This document shows positions 61,557 through 64,000 of a stretch of DNA of 64,000 nt, in pieces; position 1 is the first letter of the stretch, and each line of letters starts with the position of its first letter. The position numbers and the translations under genes are program-made. Source of the stretch: an uncultured Rhodospirillaceae bacterium (GTDB taxonomy: Bacteria; Pseudomonadota; Alphaproteobacteria; UBA11136); NCBI GenBank assembly GCA_964486105.1, contig CAZAKR010000012.1, forward strand, positions 4,195-68,194. The letters run 5' to 3'. A model generated the notes under the pieces. The model worked only from the letters and a program-made list of their open reading frames with translations, was not told where the DNA came from and made no database searches.

Positions 61557-63700
61557 CAGCCGCGCGCCCGCTCCACCGAATTGATCTTCGGATTGGCCCG
61601 CAGCGCGGCGATGATATCAGCCAGATGCTTGACGTCCCTGACCTCAAGATCGATCACCATCTCGAAAAAATCCGTCGACCGGTTAGTGATACGCAGGTTG
61701 GTGATGTTGCTGCGGTTCTTGCCGATGACGGTGGACAGCATGCCGAGGCTGCCGGCCTCGTTGATAAGTACGATGTTGAGCTGGCCGACATGATTTTCAA
61801 CACTGGCGGAAACCGCGTCCCAGGCCACATCGAGCCATTTCTCCGGCTCGTCGGCGAGCTTTTCAAGTGACTCGCAATCGATGGTATGGATCGTCACGCC
61901 CTTCCCGGTATTCGTAATGCCGACAATCCGGTCCCCTGGAATGGGATGGCAGCAACCGGCGAAATGCACCGCAACGCCGGGAATAAGGCCTTTGATGGGT
62001 ACCGCGAATTCCTTGCGCGAACGCTTGCCGCGAACATGGGACAGGGAGACGACCTTACCTTCATCGTCCTCATGATCCCGAAGGTCTGGAAACAGTGCCC
62101 GAATGATCTCGCGGCCCGACAAAAGGCCACTGCCGACGGCGGCATAGATATCATCGAGGGACTGATAGTCGAATTTGTCCAGAACCTCCTTTAAGGCTTT
62201 TTCGGTAAAGGCAACGTCTTCCTTGCTGAAGCTCTTGCGCAAAATGTTGCGCCCGAGATCGACAAATTCCTCACGCTGACGGTTGCGGATAAAGCGCCGG
62301 ATGCAGGCCCGCGCCTTGCCCGTCACCACCACATCTTCCCAGGCCGGGGAAGCGGTGTGATGTTTCGCCCGGATGATGTCAACCTGATCGCCATTGGACA
62401 GCCGCGCCCGCAGGGGAACCACCCGGCCGTTGACCTTGGCCCCGTTACAGGTGTTGCCGATCTCCGTGTGAACGGCATAGGCAAAATCAATCGGTGTCGC
62501 ACCCTGGGGCAAGGCGATTAAATCGCCGTGGGGGGTAAAACAGAAAACCTGATCACGGAACATCTCGAGCTTGGTGTGCTCAAGAAATTCTTCCGGTCCC
62601 GAAGCATGCTCGTGAATATCGAGAAGTTCGCGCAGCCACCGGTACTGACGGCCTTCATGGGGATTGACGTTCTGCTTGTAACACCAGTGAGCGGCGACAC
62701 CGAGTTCGGAAACTTCATCCATGTCACGGGTTCGGATCTGAAGTTCGATGCGATGCTTTTTCGGCCCGATAACGGTGGTGTGCAGCGACGAATAGCCGTT
62801 CGGTTTCGGCGTGCTGATGTAATCCTTAAAGCAGCCGGGAACAACGGAATTATGGCCGTGGATTATTCCCAGCGCCCGATAGCAATCATCAACCGAATCG
62901 ACAACGACACGAAAAGCCATGATGTCGGAAAGCTGTTCGAATTCGACGGCCTTGGTCTGCATCTTGCGCCAGATCGAGTGGGGTTTCTTCTCACGACCTG
63001 AAATCTCAACCTTAAGCTTTTCCTTTTTAAAGGTAGCCGTCAGTTCCGACAGGATCTTGCGCACAAGATCGCCGCCTTCGCCGCGTAAATAACTCAGCCG
63101 GGTAAGGATCGAATCCCGGGCGTCGGGATTGATAACGGAGAAAGCGAGATCGTCGAGTTCGTCCCGAATTTCCTGCATTCCCATGCGCTCGGCGAGCGGC
63201 GCATAGATATCCATTGTTTCCCGCGCAATGGCGAGGCGCTTTTCCTCGGACTTGATGAAATGCAGGGTGCGCATGTTATGGAGACGGTCGGCGAGCTTGA
63301 CCAGCAGGACGCGGATGTCGTCCGACATGGCAAGCACCAGTTTACGAAAATTTTCGGCCTGGGGGCTGTCCGATTGAATCTCGATCTTCGCCAGCTTGGT
63401 CACCCCATCGACCAGACGGGCGATTTCCGGGCCAGCGATTTTTTCGACATCCTCAAGGCTGCAGACCGTATCCTCGACCACATCGTGAAGAAGGGCCGTG
63501 ATAATTGAACTGGTATCCAGCCGCATGTCGGCGAGGATTCCGGCGACTTCCAGGGGATGGGAAAAATAGGGATCGCCCGATGCCCGCTTTTGCGAGCCAT
63601 GGGCCTTCATGGAAAACACATAGGCGCGGTTCAGCGCATCCTCGTCCACATTTGGATCGTAGGCCTTTACACGCTCAACCAGTTCAAATTGACGGATCAT
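61556..63700 (-). CDS. spoT: Bifunctional (p)ppGpp synthetase/hydrolase (Rel/SpoT homologue)
   Basis: HD motif LLHDVVED, KLADRLHNMRT, KDYIS.PK.NGY.SLHT, ELQIRT; TGS and ACT domains. Confidence 0.97.
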   Translation of the reverse strand: MIRQFELVERVKAYDPNVDEDALNRAYVFSMKAHGSQKRASGDPYFSHPLEVAGILADMRLDTSSIITALLHDVVEDTVCSLEDVEKIAGPEIARLVDGVTKLAKIEIQSDSPQAENFRKLVLAMSDDIRVLLVKLADRLHNMRTLHFIKSEEKRLAIARETMDIYAPLAERMGMQEIRDELDDLAFSVINPDARDSILTRLSYLRGEGGDLVRKILSELTATFKKEKLKVEISGREKKPHSIWRKMQTKAVEFEQLSDIMAFRVVVDSVDDCYRALGIIHGHNSVVPGCFKDYISTPKPNGYSSLHTTVIGPKKHRIELQIRTRDMDEVSELGVAAHWCYKQNVNPHEGRQYRWLRELLDIHEHASGPEEFLEHTKLEMFRDQVFCFTPHGDLIALPQGATPIDFAYAVHTEIGNTCNGAKVNGRVVPLRARLSNGDQVDIIRAKHHTASPAWEDVVVTGKARACIRRFIRNRQREEFVDLGRNILRKSFSKEDVAFTEKALKEVLDKFDYQSLDDIYAAVGSGLLSGREIIRALFPDLRDHEDDEGKVVSLSHVRGKRSRKEFAVPIKGLIPGVAVHFAGCCHPIPGDRIVGITNTGKGVTIHTIDCESLEKLADEPEKWLDVAWDAVSASVENHVGQLNIVLINEAGSLGMLSTVIGKNRSNITNLRITNRSTDFFEMVIDLEVRDVKHLADIIAALRANPKINSVERARG

Positions 63701-63811
63701 TCCGCCTCAACCCTTGTTCTCAGGTCCACTCAACAATTGCCCCCGTTGCCTCTGCCTGAGGCGGAAGGCTGATGACAATTACCGGGGTCGGGACCAGAGA
63801 AACCCCCGGGG

Positions 63812-64000
63812 TCAGGTTTCTTTTGTCTCTTCGGCTGCCTCTTCAGCAGAAGCCTCATCAGAGACGGGCTCTTCATTTTCTTCATGGACGGAAAGCAGGT
63901 CTTCGGCAATTTCCGCATCCACCGCCGGAGCCTCTTCGCCTTCGCCGGCGGCGGCGGCGGCCTCTTCACCAGCTTCGCCCGCTTCACCCGCCTCGGCATC
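63812..64000 (-). CDS. Acidic C-terminal tail of the upstream gene, probably RNA polymerase omega subunit (partial)
   Basis: Open frame DAEAGEAGEAGEEAAAAAGEGEE...EETKET*. The rpoZ call rests only on position before spoT. Confidence 0.5.
   Translation of the reverse strand, partial: DAEAGEAGEAGEEAAAAAGEGEEAPAVDAEIAEDLLSVHEENEEPVSDEASAEEAAEETKET

Noticed and set aside
63730-63999. Listed 89-aa basic ORF upstream of spoT
   Set aside because: The alternative frame (63812-64000) gives a coherent acidic tail that fits the expected upstream gene better.

Overview
GC-rich alphaproteobacterial chromosome segment, most like Rhodospirillales (ldtR-hemB, mucR, merR-ihfA-tRNA-Pro, class I phaC, H+-PPase, rsh-pdxJ-acpS-lepB-rnc-era-recO-parC). 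It is mostly core housekeeping: amino acid, fatty acid, riboflavin, thiamine, biotin, B6 and haem synthesis, ribosomal proteins, and a serine-cycle-type sga-hpr-gck block. I saw no CRISPR array, integrase, transposase or prophage. Four things stand out. (1) The housekeeping porphobilinogen synthase (HemB) carries an N-terminal phage-repressor-like XRE helix-turn-helix. Two tandem 17-bp operator-like sites overlap a likely leaderless promoter and the start codon. (2) A histone-H1-like Lys/Ala repeat gene sits between sgaA and hpr. SgaA, Hpr and the visible part of Pfk are strongly cationic while neighbouring enzymes look acidic, which suggests a polyanion-associated enzyme set. (3) Two membrane genes appear reduced to their termini by internal deletion: a motA(B)-like locus and a K+-channel-like gene. 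(4) An unidentified ~150-nt structured RNA candidate lies between the HD-GYP gene and parC. All family calls come from motif recognition by eye and residue counts are hand counts; no database search was run.
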